64,000 nt of DNA from Thermoanaerobaculia bacterium (GTDB lineage: Bacteria; Acidobacteriota; Thermoanaerobaculia; Multivoradales; UBA5704). The translations under genes and the position numbers were made by a program. The notes below the pieces were generated by a model, which worked only from the letters and a program-made list of their open reading frames with translations, ran no database searches and had not been told where the DNA came from. The stretch covers positions 32,001 to 96,000 of the forward strand of contig JBGAGQ010000012.1 of NCBI GenBank assembly GCA_044226625.1, given 5' to 3'. Shown piece after piece: positions 37,637 to 47,207 of the stretch. Every line of letters starts with the position of its first letter. The stretch's first letter is position 1.

Positions 37637-40489
37637 GTGACGACGATTTTCCACAGCGCCTTTTGGGCGCACAGCCTCACGCTCGAAGCTCCGCCCGGAA
37701 CGATCGAAAGCCTTTCACGTTCCCTCACAAGCGCTCGTGTGGACCTCAATCCTCATCAGGTCGACGCAGCTCTCTTCGCCATCCAGTCTCCCCTGTCTCG
37801 CGGTGTAATTTTAGCCGACGAAGTGGGCCTCGGGAAAACAATAGAGGCAGGCCTGGTAATTGCTCAGCGCTGGGCTGAACGTCGGCGCCGCATATTGCTG
37901 ATTGTGCCTGCAACCTTACGAAACCAGTGGCAGCAGGAACTCTCAGACAAATTTCAGCTACCAGTCCGCATTCTTGATGCTGCCACATATCGGGCGTTTA
38001 GTGCACCAGGAGAGGCAAATCCCTTCGACAGCCAGGATTCAATTCTGCTGTGCTCGTACCAGTTCGCAGCAATAAAAGCCACGGATATGAATGCTGTCGA
38101 GTGGGATCTCGTTGTCTTAGATGAGGCCCACCGGCTACGCAATGTGTACAAGGGAAACTCTAAGATTGCCCAATCCATAAAGGATTCTCTCGCCCTAAGG
38201 CGAAAACTGCTACTAACCGCCACGCCACTCCAAAACTCGCTTCTCGAACTGTACGGTCTTGTGAGCCTTATCGACGACTATGTCTTCGGCGACATCGCCA
38301 ACTTCCGCGAACAGTTCATGCGCGGTACCAATGAGAGCCGACGGAACGAGAATTTACGATTGCGAATTCAGCCGTTGTGCCGTCGGACACTGCGGAAGCA
38401 GGTTCAAGAGTACGTGCGGTTCACTAAGAGAGTTCCCATCACCCAGAGATTTGTTCCGAGCGATGCAGAACAGAGTCTTTATGACAGCGTTTCGGCGTAC
38501 CTCCAGCGCGAGGAGTCATACGCCCTACCTAGTGGACAGCGCACGCTCTTGACGATGGTTCTTCGGAAGCTACTCTCCTCCTCCACCTACGCCATCGCGG
38601 GTACGCTTCACCGAATGATCAATCGGCTTGAGGCAGTTGAGCAGCAAGCTTCGGAGCAACTCCTCGATGAGGTGGATTTCGAGGCGATACGCGAAGTCAT
38701 TGACGAATGGAACGACCTCCCACCGCCCAACGCGAGTGAGGCGAATTCCTCGATTGACTTAAAGTCCCTTCGCACCGAACTCGACGAGCTACGGCAATAT
38801 GCGGCTGCGGCCGATCGTATTCCGACCAACTCCAAAGGCGACGCGCTTCTGCTCGCGCTCCCGTTAGCCCTTGAAAAGGCGGAGTCTCTAGGCGCGCCTC
38901 GCAAAGCTGTACTATTCACCGAATCCAGGCGCACACAAACCTACCTTGCTCTGTTGCTGGCAGGCAACGGCTATGCCGGGCAGATGGTTCTGATCAACGG
39001 CGACAATAGTGATCCAGATTCACGCGCAATCTTCGAGAACTGGCTCGAGCGCCATCGCGGTTCCGAAAGAGTCTCAGGCTCGCGAGCCGTCGATACCAAG
39101 GCAGCGCTTGTCGAGGAGTTCCAAGATCGCCGGACACTCCTGATCGCGACGGAGTCCGCCGCCGAAGGAGTAAATCTCCAGTTTTGTTCACTCGTCGTCA
39201 ACTACGATCTCCCTTGGAATCCCCAGCGCGTCGAACAGCGGATCGGCCGTTGTCATCGCTATGGCCAATTGCATGACGTTGTCGTGGTGAATTTTCTGAA
39301 CGATCGCAATGCCGCAGACCAACGGGTCTTTCGCTTGTTGTCAGAAAAATTCAAACTCTTTGAAGGGGTGTTCGGCGCAAGCGACGAAATCCTAGGGGCA
39401 GTGGAGTCTGGCGTCGACATTGAGCGTCGGATTATGGACGTGTATCAGACTTGCCGAACACCCGAAGCCATCGCACAGGCGTTTGATCGACTACAGGAAG
39501 ATCTCGAACCTCAGATTGGCGAGACGATCAAGGCAACGCGACGCGCGATTCTCGAGAACTTCGACGATGAGGTGCAAAGGCGCCTTAGAGGAGTAAAAGA
39601 CGAAGCCGATAGAATGTTGGTAGGCCACCAGCAGTCGCTCTGGTGCCTTGCGAAACACGAACTGGCCGGCAGGGCATCCTTTGATGAGTTGGACAAGTTC
39701 ATGACTCTACTAGATGGTACGTCGCGATCCTACTACCTCTCGTGGCCCGTAGCTGATAAGAAGGACGCAATATTCTTCCACCCCAGCCACGAAATTGCGT
39801 CGCAACTCATAAGTGCCGCGAAATCGAGAACCCTCAAGCCAAGGCATCTACGTTTCGAGTATAGGTCTCCACCGCGGTATGTCGCGCTAGAGCCCTACCT
39901 CGGCTGTAGCGGATGGCTAGAACTAACCCGCTTATCCATCGAACAACGCGGTACGGAAGAGCACCTCATTGCCGCTGCGATTCTCGACGGCGGAGCGCCC
40001 CTCCCTCCAGACCTAGCAATCAGGCTTTTTGACCTTGAGGCTAAAGTGGAAGACCCTGCACGCGGCGTTGCGCCAGTCTTCGACGAGATTCGAACTCGTG
40101 AGGCCGATCGCGTTGCAGCCACTGCCCGCCGACGCCACGAGCAGGCGCTCGCGGTGGAGGAATCTAAGCTCGAGCAATGGGCGGAGGATGCAAAGGGTGG
40201 ACTTGAACGCGATCTAAAGACCCTCGATAGCGAAATTCGGGAGGTGAGAAGGGCAGCCCGCAATGCACCAGCATTGGCCGACAAATTGGACGGCCAGCGT
40301 CGTATCCGCGACTTAGAGGGGCGCCGAAACCGCAAGCGCAGGGAGTTGTTCGAGCAGCAAGACAGAATTGATGCGAAGAGAGACGAGCTGATACTTGCAA
40401 TCGAAAGACAGCTCGATCTCCAGATCAAGGCCGTTCAAGTTTTTTCCATCTCTTTCACAATACACGATTCGCGCAGAGAGGAAAGGTGA
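37637..40489 (+). CDS. SNF2-family helicase (RM/defence-island type)
   Basis: LNPHQ, LADEVGLGKT, LDEAHRLRN, LTATPLQN, EGVNLQ and YDLPWNPQRVEQRIGRCHRYGQ, with a C-terminal coiled coil. Confidence 0.93.
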   Translation: MTTIFHSAFWAHSLTLEAPPGTIESLSRSLTSARVDLNPHQVDAALFAIQSPLSRGVILADEVGLGKTIEAGLVIAQRWAERRRRILLIVPATLRNQWQQELSDKFQLPVRILDAATYRAFSAPGEANPFDSQDSILLCSYQFAAIKATDMNAVEWDLVVLDEAHRLRNVYKGNSKIAQSIKDSLALRRKLLLTATPLQNSLLELYGLVSLIDDYVFGDIANFREQFMRGTNESRRNENLRLRIQPLCRRTLRKQVQEYVRFTKRVPITQRFVPSDAEQSLYDSVSAYLQREESYALPSGQRTLLTMVLRKLLSSSTYAIAGTLHRMINRLEAVEQQASEQLLDEVDFEAIREVIDEWNDLPPPNASEANSSIDLKSLRTELDELRQYAAAADRIPTNSKGDALLLALPLALEKAESLGAPRKAVLFTESRRTQTYLALLLAGNGYAGQMVLINGDNSDPDSRAIFENWLERHRGSERVSGSRAVDTKAALVEEFQDRRTLLIATESAAEGVNLQFCSLVVNYDLPWNPQRVEQRIGRCHRYGQLHDVVVVNFLNDRNAADQRVFRLLSEKFKLFEGVFGASDEILGAVESGVDIERRIMDVYQTCRTPEAIAQAFDRLQEDLEPQIGETIKATRRAILENFDDEVQRRLRGVKDEADRMLVGHQQSLWCLAKHELAGRASFDELDKFMTLLDGTSRSYYLSWPVADKKDAIFFHPSHEIASQLISAAKSRTLKPRHLRFEYRSPPRYVALEPYLGCSGWLELTRLSIEQRGTEEHLIAAAILDGGAPLPPDLAIRLFDLEAKVEDPARGVAPVFDEIRTREADRVAATARRRHEQALAVEESKLEQWAEDAKGGLERDLKTLDSEIREVRRAARNAPALADKLDGQRRIRDLEGRRNRKRRELFEQQDRIDAKRDELILAIERQLDLQIKAVQVFSISFTIHDSRREER

Positions 40490-40698
40490 TGACGATAGAT
40501 GAGCCAGCGGGACTTTTTGACCTCACTCCGAGCCAACGTTTAGCGAAAGAGATCGCGCAGGCGCTAGTAGAGGAAGGTCTTGTCGAGAAGGCGAAGAGCC
40601 AAAAACTGGAGTTGGGCCTTGCTGAGGGTTCTCTTGGTCCTGGCGATTGGAGAGTCTTTGTCGAGGTGGCCGCCGACCGTGAGCGGAAATGCCAATGA
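40486..40698 (+). CDS. Small hypothetical protein coupled between helicase and ATPase
   Basis: Overlaps both neighbours. TPSQRLAKEI...GDWRVFVE. Confidence 0.7.
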   Translation: MMTIDEPAGLFDLTPSQRLAKEIAQALVEEGLVEKAKSQKLELGLAEGSLGPGDWRVFVEVAADRERKCQ

Positions 40699-43010
40699 AA
40701 ACTTTCCCGGGCATTAACCGTCTTGTTGTAGCAGGGTTTCGAGGAGCTACGTCGCGGCTTGAGATGGAACTCTCATCTGAACAGCCGTTCGTGGTGCTGT
40801 TTGGTGAGAACGGCAGCGGAAAGTCAACCTTGGTTGACGCGATCGAGTTCGCGCTGACGGGGACAAAAGGTTCCCTTAGCGACTTCAAGTCGACCTCGAT
40901 CAAACACCTGGCTACCACCGGCACAGATTCTTCACCGCTAAGCGTGCTCCTCGAAGCGGGCGGAAAGACATGGTCCGGCAGGCTTGAGGGAAGCAAGCCT
41001 GAGCTTATGGGGCCGAAAGCGCGGCCTCGCATCGACATTCTCAGGCGGTCCCGTCTGACGAAGATTGTCGCTGCTGGCCCCACCGAACGCTTTGAGCAAC
41101 TCGATAAGTTTGTGAACTGCGACCGAATCGTAAAGAGTGAAGAGGGACTCTCGGTGGCAGACAGGGAAGCAAAGAATCGCCTGGAGGAAGCGAGCAAGAC
41201 AATCGAGGAATCGAGGAACTCCCTCCGTGAACTCTGGGATGAACAAGGGAGGCCGGACGGCGACGCGCTGACCTGGGCGAGAAAGGAATCCTCATTGCCG
41301 TTTGACGGTGCCTCCGGAGGAGACTCGGTCCACCGATGGTTAACAACCTGTCAGCGGCTACTTGGCGATTTAGTTAGAGCTTGGGACAACAGAAAGGATG
41401 CCGAATCGAACCTGGCTGCAAGCACCTCCTCTCTGAGATCGACAGACTTTCAGGCGGGCGGCGACTCGGCACCAGACGAATCAGATCTAATCCGAATATT
41501 GTCAGCGGCACGTGATTATTTTAAGAGTCAGGTCTTGGTTGACGCTTGCCCGCTCTGTCAGCAGGCTGTCAGAGTGGGTGAACTTCGCGCGCAAACCGAT
41601 AACCGCCTTAGAGCGTTGCAGGAACAAATCGACCGGCTTGAGAGACGATCGGGGCTTCAAACGAAGATAGAACGGCACCAGGTAGAGCTGAATCTCGCTG
41701 AATCCGCAGTGTCCGAAGCCGGAAAGGAGATTTCCCGCCAGACGGCAGAGCCGCCACTTTCCGTCGATGGTGAAATCGTGGGCGATCTTGTGAGGGTTTC
41801 CACCGCCGGAAAAGGAACTGACTTCGCCCCGGGTTCTTCGATTCGCCTAACCGCCGAGAGCTTAGGCAGGAGGATTGAGGAAGCCGCTCGTGCGATTTCG
41901 AGGGGCATCGAGCGTCGCAACCAAGTCGCAAGAGTGTGGAGACAACACGAGAAGGCTCTTCAGGAAGGCAAGCGGCTGGAAGACGAGGGCAAGAGGCTTG
42001 CGCGCTGCCTGCAACTCGTGCGTCGTAAACGACTGGAATTTGTGGACACTCTTCTCAGAGATGTCGCAGGCGAGGTCAACCGACTATATGGTGAGATTCA
42101 TCCAGGTGAAACAGAATTGGGTGGTGCGCGGTTCTACCTCGATCCAAAACAGCGAGCCTCGCTGCATCAAGTGGTGAAGTTCGGCAACCAGGATGAGTTA
42201 CCTCCCCAGGCGTGCTTTAGCGAGTCCCACCTATTAACCCTGGGTTTCTGTTTGTGGCTAGCGCTCGCAAAGCGTGAAAGACCTCAGGAAACGGTCATCG
42301 TGCTCGACGATGTGGTATTTGCCATTGACGGACCGCATATGAAGAGGCTGGCAGCGTTGATTTCTGTTGAGCGCAAGCATTTCGCTCAAGTGATTCTTAC
42401 GACTCATTCTAGACGCTTTCTTCGCTACTTGCGCGACGGGATAGCGCCCAGCGGCAATATGGATCTCCGCACTCTTAGATGGAGCCTCAGCGGTGGAATC
42501 GTTGAAGGCTCAACCCCACATCTCGCAGCAGATCTAGAGTCTGCGTTATCGAATCCATTGATTGACAGGCAGGCAATCGCCTCGAAAGCAGGCAATCTCC
42601 TTGAGATAATACTTCGACACTTTGCCTTGCTCTATCGGCGGCGAGTTCCATTTGCGGAACCGAATGAGCCCAATCTCGCTGAACTTTTTGATTCTTGGAC
42701 TGTCAAAGAGGCCAACCGCGTTGAAATACAGAGGAGGTCCGAAGACCAGAGCTATTCCCCGATTGGAAACCTCGGAGCGATCCTGACGAGGTTGCGAGAC
42801 CTAAGAGACGTTCGTAATCTTGTCGGTGCGCATGCAAATGCGGAGGCGGACGAGGTTTCAGACGCCGAGGTTCAGGAGTTTGGCAGAACAGTCCTAGAGC
42901 TTTGGCGACTAGTTGTTTGCTCTTGCGGACAGATTCCGCAGAAGTCGAAAAATGGAGCCTTCTTCTGTCATTGCCGATGCCTCAGCTTACGGCCAGATCG
43001 TGTTGACTGA
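40689..43010 (+). CDS. SMC/Rad50-like ABC ATPase with zinc hook and putative C-terminal HEPN
   Basis: GFRG, Walker A GENGSGKS, CPLC hook within coiled coil, signature FSESH, Walker B VLDDV, H-loop TTHS, and C-terminal RNLVGAH with a Cys cluster. Confidence 0.85.
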   Translation: MPMKTFPGINRLVVAGFRGATSRLEMELSSEQPFVVLFGENGSGKSTLVDAIEFALTGTKGSLSDFKSTSIKHLATTGTDSSPLSVLLEAGGKTWSGRLEGSKPELMGPKARPRIDILRRSRLTKIVAAGPTERFEQLDKFVNCDRIVKSEEGLSVADREAKNRLEEASKTIEESRNSLRELWDEQGRPDGDALTWARKESSLPFDGASGGDSVHRWLTTCQRLLGDLVRAWDNRKDAESNLAASTSSLRSTDFQAGGDSAPDESDLIRILSAARDYFKSQVLVDACPLCQQAVRVGELRAQTDNRLRALQEQIDRLERRSGLQTKIERHQVELNLAESAVSEAGKEISRQTAEPPLSVDGEIVGDLVRVSTAGKGTDFAPGSSIRLTAESLGRRIEEAARAISRGIERRNQVARVWRQHEKALQEGKRLEDEGKRLARCLQLVRRKRLEFVDTLLRDVAGEVNRLYGEIHPGETELGGARFYLDPKQRASLHQVVKFGNQDELPPQACFSESHLLTLGFCLWLALAKRERPQETVIVLDDVVFAIDGPHMKRLAALISVERKHFAQVILTTHSRRFLRYLRDGIAPSGNMDLRTLRWSLSGGIVEGSTPHLAADLESALSNPLIDRQAIASKAGNLLEIILRHFALLYRRRVPFAEPNEPNLAELFDSWTVKEANRVEIQRRSEDQSYSPIGNLGAILTRLRDLRDVRNLVGAHANAEADEVSDAEVQEFGRTVLELWRLVVCSCGQIPQKSKNGAFFCHCRCLSLRPDRVD

Positions 43011-43079
43011 GTCGTCGGCGACCTTTCGTAGAACTCACGAGGAGGTTCCACTTTCAGGGGGAGTTTCATTGGGCGCGAT

Positions 43080-43478
43080 GTGTCAGGAGCGGACTTCCTT
43101 AGGGTCACCTTCAGTGAAATTAACTCGACCGTGACCCACATGGCGTTAAGCGGTCACCTTGAAGCGGTCCGCTGGGCCTGCGGATCGGTCTTCGCGATTG
43201 CGGCGTTGGCCTTCCTCGCCTTTTTCGTCGCCCTCTACCGGGGCGAAGACGCGCTTCTGCCGATCGGCCTAATGACGATCGCGTCTTTCGTCTTCTCGCA
43301 GCTCACCTCGTGGGTCTCTTTGCGTCTACTGCTCCGATGGCGAGCCCCGACTCGGGAGGATCGCAAGAGAATTCGATACTGGACGTTGTGGGGCGGTGCA
43401 TTCGGGTGGATCTTGGTGATCTGGACCTTGACGGACGTAGAAGCCACGCCCCCATTCTTCAAGGATTGGAATCGGTGA
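43080..43478 (+). CDS. Small membrane protein
   Basis: Three hydrophobic segments. Start uncertain. Confidence 0.45.
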   Translation: MSGADFLRVTFSEINSTVTHMALSGHLEAVRWACGSVFAIAALAFLAFFVALYRGEDALLPIGLMTIASFVFSQLTSWVSLRLLLRWRAPTREDRKRIRYWTLWGGAFGWILVIWTLTDVEATPPFFKDWNR

Positions 43479-43539
43479 GCTAGATCCAGCTCCGATCCAT
43501 CGACAGCGTGGAGGCTATCCCCCTTCGCCGCGACCTCCT

Positions 43540-44715
43540 TCAGCGCCCTTCGCCCCCGCCCACCCCCCGCCGAGCCAACATCTCCCGCTCCTCCGCCAAC
43601 CATGCGCGTAGCTGCTGCTCCGTAGGCAGCTTTGTGAGGTACCGGGACACGAAGATCTGCCGCTCCAGGTTCCCGGTCGCGTAGTGGACCTCCTCGGCGT
43701 CCTTGTCGGCGCAGAGGATGATTCCGATCGGCGGGCTTTCGCCTTCGAGGCAGACGTTCTCCCGGAGATAGCCGAGGTAGAAGTTCATCTGCCCCGCGTC
43801 CTCGTGGCCGAAGGAGCCGATTTTGAGGTCGATCGCGACGAGGCAGCGCAGGCGGCGGTGGAAGAAGAGCAGGTCGATGAAGTGGTGGCGGCCGCCGACG
43901 GTGACTCGATATTGGCGGGCGAGGAAGGCAAAGTCTCCGCCCAGCTCCAGCAGGAACTGCTGGAGGTGCTCGACCAGGGCCGACTCGAGGTCGGCTTCGG
44001 AATAGACGGGCTTTTCGGGCAGGCCGAGGAACTCGAGCACGTACGGGTCGCGGATGTTGACGCGCGGCGTGTCGGGGAGGCGCCCTTCGTTCGCGAGCGC
44101 GAGGACCGCCTCGCGGTCGCGCGACAGGCCCGCGCGCTCGAAGAGCATCGAGTCACGCTGCCTTTTGAGCTCGCGCAGGCTCCACCGGTGCGCCAGCGCC
44201 TGCGTCTCGTAGAAGGCTCGGGCGAGAGGATCCCCCACGCGCGACAGCTCGAGCAGGTGTGAGAACGACAGCTCGCCGCGCAGGCGGGCCATCCAGTCCT
44301 CGTCCTGCCAGGTCATCGCCCCGGCCTCCGTGGGTAAGGCCGGGAGGGCGGTTCCGGGCGGGACCGCGCCCAGGTCGAGCGGCAGGCGAGATTCACCAGA
44401 CGGTGTCTGGCGAATGCCCAGACGCGGCCAGGTGAGAGCGATCTGCCGATAGTTGCGGAGGTTCGAAGAGCCGAGCCCGGCGATGCCGCGGCTTTCGAAC
44501 GCCTGCGCGAGCGAGGGGATCAGCCTCTCGCCGTAGCGCGCCCGATCCGCCCCCTGCTGCTCGTAGGTCACGATCCAGAAGCCGATCAGCCAGTTCCGGA
44601 GCGTCAGGATCTCGTCGATCGATCGCGCCGCCGCCTCCCGCGACCGGGATTGCAGCGCGGACAGGGCGTCGACCAGAAGGCCGAAATTCGACCAGGGCTC
44701 GAGCGCGGGCGTCAC
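43540..44715 (-). CDS. YhcG/DUF1016 family PD-(D/E)xK nuclease-domain protein
   Basis: NWLIG...RARYG, LSFSH, WSLRELKRQ, RDPYVLEFL, IDLLFFHRRLRCLVAIDLK and GQMNFY. Start approximate. Confidence 0.93.
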   Translation of the reverse strand: MTPALEPWSNFGLLVDALSALQSRSREAAARSIDEILTLRNWLIGFWIVTYEQQGADRARYGERLIPSLAQAFESRGIAGLGSSNLRNYRQIALTWPRLGIRQTPSGESRLPLDLGAVPPGTALPALPTEAGAMTWQDEDWMARLRGELSFSHLLELSRVGDPLARAFYETQALAHRWSLRELKRQRDSMLFERAGLSRDREAVLALANEGRLPDTPRVNIRDPYVLEFLGLPEKPVYSEADLESALVEHLQQFLLELGGDFAFLARQYRVTVGGRHHFIDLLFFHRRLRCLVAIDLKIGSFGHEDAGQMNFYLGYLRENVCLEGESPPIGIILCADKDAEEVHYATGNLERQIFVSRYLTKLPTEQQLRAWLAEEREMLARRGVGGGEGR

Positions 44716-44834
44716 GAACGAACGATATCCGATGGGCTCTTGAAGAGGCCTGGACCTTCGGTCCGTCGGCGAGGGACGGGCGGCGTGGGGCGGGCAAGGG
44801 GAGTACAATTGCTGCGGAGATCGGAGGATTCGCA

Positions 44835-45077
44835 ATGCCGAACGGCAGCGTTCAACTTGACCCGCAGACCGCGATCGCTGTCGAACGCTTGGCTCTGCGC
44901 AGGGATCAGAGCGCTTCCGAGGTCGTACGCGAAGCGATCGCGATGCTGTCTTCTCAGGAAGAGGGCTCCGCGTACGAACGCGTTGGGGACCTGATCGGCT
45001 GCGTCAGCGGGGGTCCTTCTGATCTATCCGAAGAGACCGGGAAAAAGTTCCGCGCGATTCTCGCCAAGACAGCATGA
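44835..45077 (+). CDS. vapB: RHH/CopG-type antitoxin
   Basis: SVQLD...LA...SASEVVREAI and G..DLSE. ATGA overlap with the PIN gene. Confidence 0.8.
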   Translation: MPNGSVQLDPQTAIAVERLALRRDQSASEVVREAIAMLSSQEEGSAYERVGDLIGCVSGGPSDLSEETGKKFRAILAKTA

Positions 45078-45478
45078 TCCTGGTGGACGCAGGCCCTCTG
45101 GTCGCTCTGATACACGCAGACGACCGCCATCACCAGGTGTGCAGAGATGTCTTCAGACAACTCTCTGAGCCGCTCGTCTCTGTCTGGCCGGCGGTCGTAG
45201 AGGCCATGTACCTTCTCGACTTTTCGTGGCGAGCGCAGGACGCCTTGTGGGAGTTCCTACACCGGCGCGCGCTTACCCTGCTTCCGCTGGGGCAAGACGA
45301 CGTAACCAGGATGCGGGCATTGATGGAGAAATATCGAGACCTGCCTATGGACTTGGCCGATGCCGCCCTCGTGCGAGTTGCGGAGCGCGAGCGGATACGT
45401 CGGATCTTCACCCTGGACCGCCGCGACTTCGCAATCTACCGGCCGGATCGCTTGGAGGCGTTCGAGATACTGCCCTGA
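45074..45478 (+). CDS. vapC: PIN-domain toxin
   Basis: ILVDAGPLVAL, DRHH, MDLADAALV and FTLDRRDF. Confidence 0.92.
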   Translation: MILVDAGPLVALIHADDRHHQVCRDVFRQLSEPLVSVWPAVVEAMYLLDFSWRAQDALWEFLHRRALTLLPLGQDDVTRMRALMEKYRDLPMDLADAALVRVAERERIRRIFTLDRRDFAIYRPDRLEAFEILP

Positions 45479-45518
45479 GGATAGGGTCCATTCTCGGAGC
45501 CTCCGGGAAGGACGATCT

Positions 45519-46130
45519 TCAGGGACCCTCTCCCCAGCGAAGCCCGGGGCCTTCGGTCTCGAGGCCGAGCCGATCGAGGATCCGCAGGGCGTAATGGTCG
45601 AGGAACCGCGGCAGGTCCTCGCCGCCGATGTAGAACGCCGGGACCGGCGGCAGGATCGTCGCTCCGGCGATCAGCAGGCGCCGCATGTTCTCGATGTGGA
45701 CGAGGCTGTAGGGGGTCTCGCGAAAGCCGAGGACGAGCGGCCAACGCTCTTTGAGCGCCACCGCCCCCACGCGGTGGATCAACGTGCGGGCCGAGCCGGT
45801 CGCGAGCGCCCCGAGGGTTCCCGCGCTGCACGGCAAGACGACCGCCCCGGCGATTCGATAGGAACCGGAGGCGATCGGCGCGTCGAGCTCGTTGTCGCGG
45901 TGGAGAAGGATCTTCTCCCGCTCGGAAGACGTCAGGCCCGCCGCTTCGACCAGGTCGGCGGCTCCCGCCCGATCCGGACCGAGCTCGTGGCGGAGCACCT
46001 GGCTCGCGCCGGCGGAGACCGCGAGATGGATGCGCTCGATCTCGGGCCGCGCGGCGAGGGTTCCGAGGACGTGTCGGGGAAGGAGCATCCCCGACGCGCC
46101 GGACACGAGGAGGGCGACGCGGCGGCTCAT
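45519..46130 (-). CDS. ubiX: UbiX family flavin prenyltransferase
   Basis: VSGASG, IASGS, PCSAGTL, LKE, RETP and PPVPAFY. Confidence 0.92.
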   Translation of the reverse strand: MSRRVALLVSGASGMLLPRHVLGTLAARPEIERIHLAVSAGASQVLRHELGPDRAGAADLVEAAGLTSSEREKILLHRDNELDAPIASGSYRIAGAVVLPCSAGTLGALATGSARTLIHRVGAVALKERWPLVLGFRETPYSLVHIENMRRLLIAGATILPPVPAFYIGGEDLPRFLDHYALRILDRLGLETEGPGLRWGEGP

Positions 46131-47191
46131 TTGGGCGAAGAAGGTGGAGCGACGGCGACGGCCGCCAGCGCCGAGTCGGTCAGCGGCGGAGAGCCGCCCT
46201 CCGAGAAACCCGGGGAGCTGCCGTCCGCGGATCCCGGGGATCCACTGGATCCCAAGACGCGCACCTCGTGCTGCGGGAAGGGGATCTCGACGCCGGAGTC
46301 CCGGAAGCGCCGGTAGATCGCGAAGTAGAGCTCGCTCTTGAGCGTCGCCGGCGTGCGCAAGTGCTCGCTGGTCCAGACCCGGAGCTGGAACAGGAGCGCG
46401 CTGTCGCCGAAGCCGAGGAAGACCACGTCGGGCGGCGGATCCTTGAGCACTCCCGCGTGACTCAGGGCGACCTCGATCAGCATGTCGCGCACGGTCTCCG
46501 GCTCGCTCGCGTAGGCGACGCCCAGATCGAGCGAAAAGCGGGCGAGCCGGCCGTGGGCGGTCCAGTTCGTGACCCGCGCGGTGAGCTCCGAGTTCGGCAC
46601 CAGGATCACCACGTTGTCGTTGGTCTGCACCCAGGTCGTGCGGGCGCCGATCTTCTTGACGTCGCCGAGCAGGTTCGAGACCTCGATCCGGTCGCCCACC
46701 TTCACCCCCCGCTCGACCAGCAGGATCAGCCCGGAGACGAAATCTTTCGCGATCGATTGGAGACCGAAACCGATGCCGAAGCCGATCGCTCCGCCGACGA
46801 TCGCGAAGCTGCTCAGGTCGATACCCGCGGCTTCGAGCCCGACCAGGATCCCGACCAGGAACACCGCGTAGCCCGAGCCGCGGGCGATCGCGTACTTCTG
46901 GCCTTCGTCGATCGAGGTCCGCGCGAGGATCCGCTTCTCGAGGAATCGGGCCCACGAACGGGCGATCAGGTTCAGGAGGATGAGGAAAACGGCGGCCTTG
47001 AGCAGGAACGCGGGCGAGATCGGAAGGCTGCCGAGCTCGAAGAGCGGCTGCGACCAGAGGTTGCGCGCGTCGGCCTGCAGGCGGTCGACGCCTCCCAAGA
47101 GGTGCTTTTCGCGCAGCAGGCCGAAGCCCAGACCGGCCAGCAGCAGTAGAGCGCCGACGCCAAGCGAAACGCGGCTCAATCCCTTGGTCAT
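46127..47191 (-). CDS. Mechanosensitive ion channel (MscS family)
   Basis: GIGFGLQ...FVSGLILL, VGDRIEV, VPNS and GVEIPFPQ. Confidence 0.92.
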   Translation of the reverse strand: MTKGLSRVSLGVGALLLLAGLGFGLLREKHLLGGVDRLQADARNLWSQPLFELGSLPISPAFLLKAAVFLILLNLIARSWARFLEKRILARTSIDEGQKYAIARGSGYAVFLVGILVGLEAAGIDLSSFAIVGGAIGFGIGFGLQSIAKDFVSGLILLVERGVKVGDRIEVSNLLGDVKKIGARTTWVQTNDNVVILVPNSELTARVTNWTAHGRLARFSLDLGVAYASEPETVRDMLIEVALSHAGVLKDPPPDVVFLGFGDSALLFQLRVWTSEHLRTPATLKSELYFAIYRRFRDSGVEIPFPQHEVRVLGSSGSPGSADGSSPGFSEGGSPPLTDSALAAVAVAPPSSPK

Positions 47192-47207
47192 CGGCCCCCC
47201 TCTCCGG

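Noticed and set aside
37637-40489. Calling the helicase RapA or a DISARM/BREX component
   Set aside because: It lacks RapA N-terminal domains and none of the DISARM or BREX partner genes are present.
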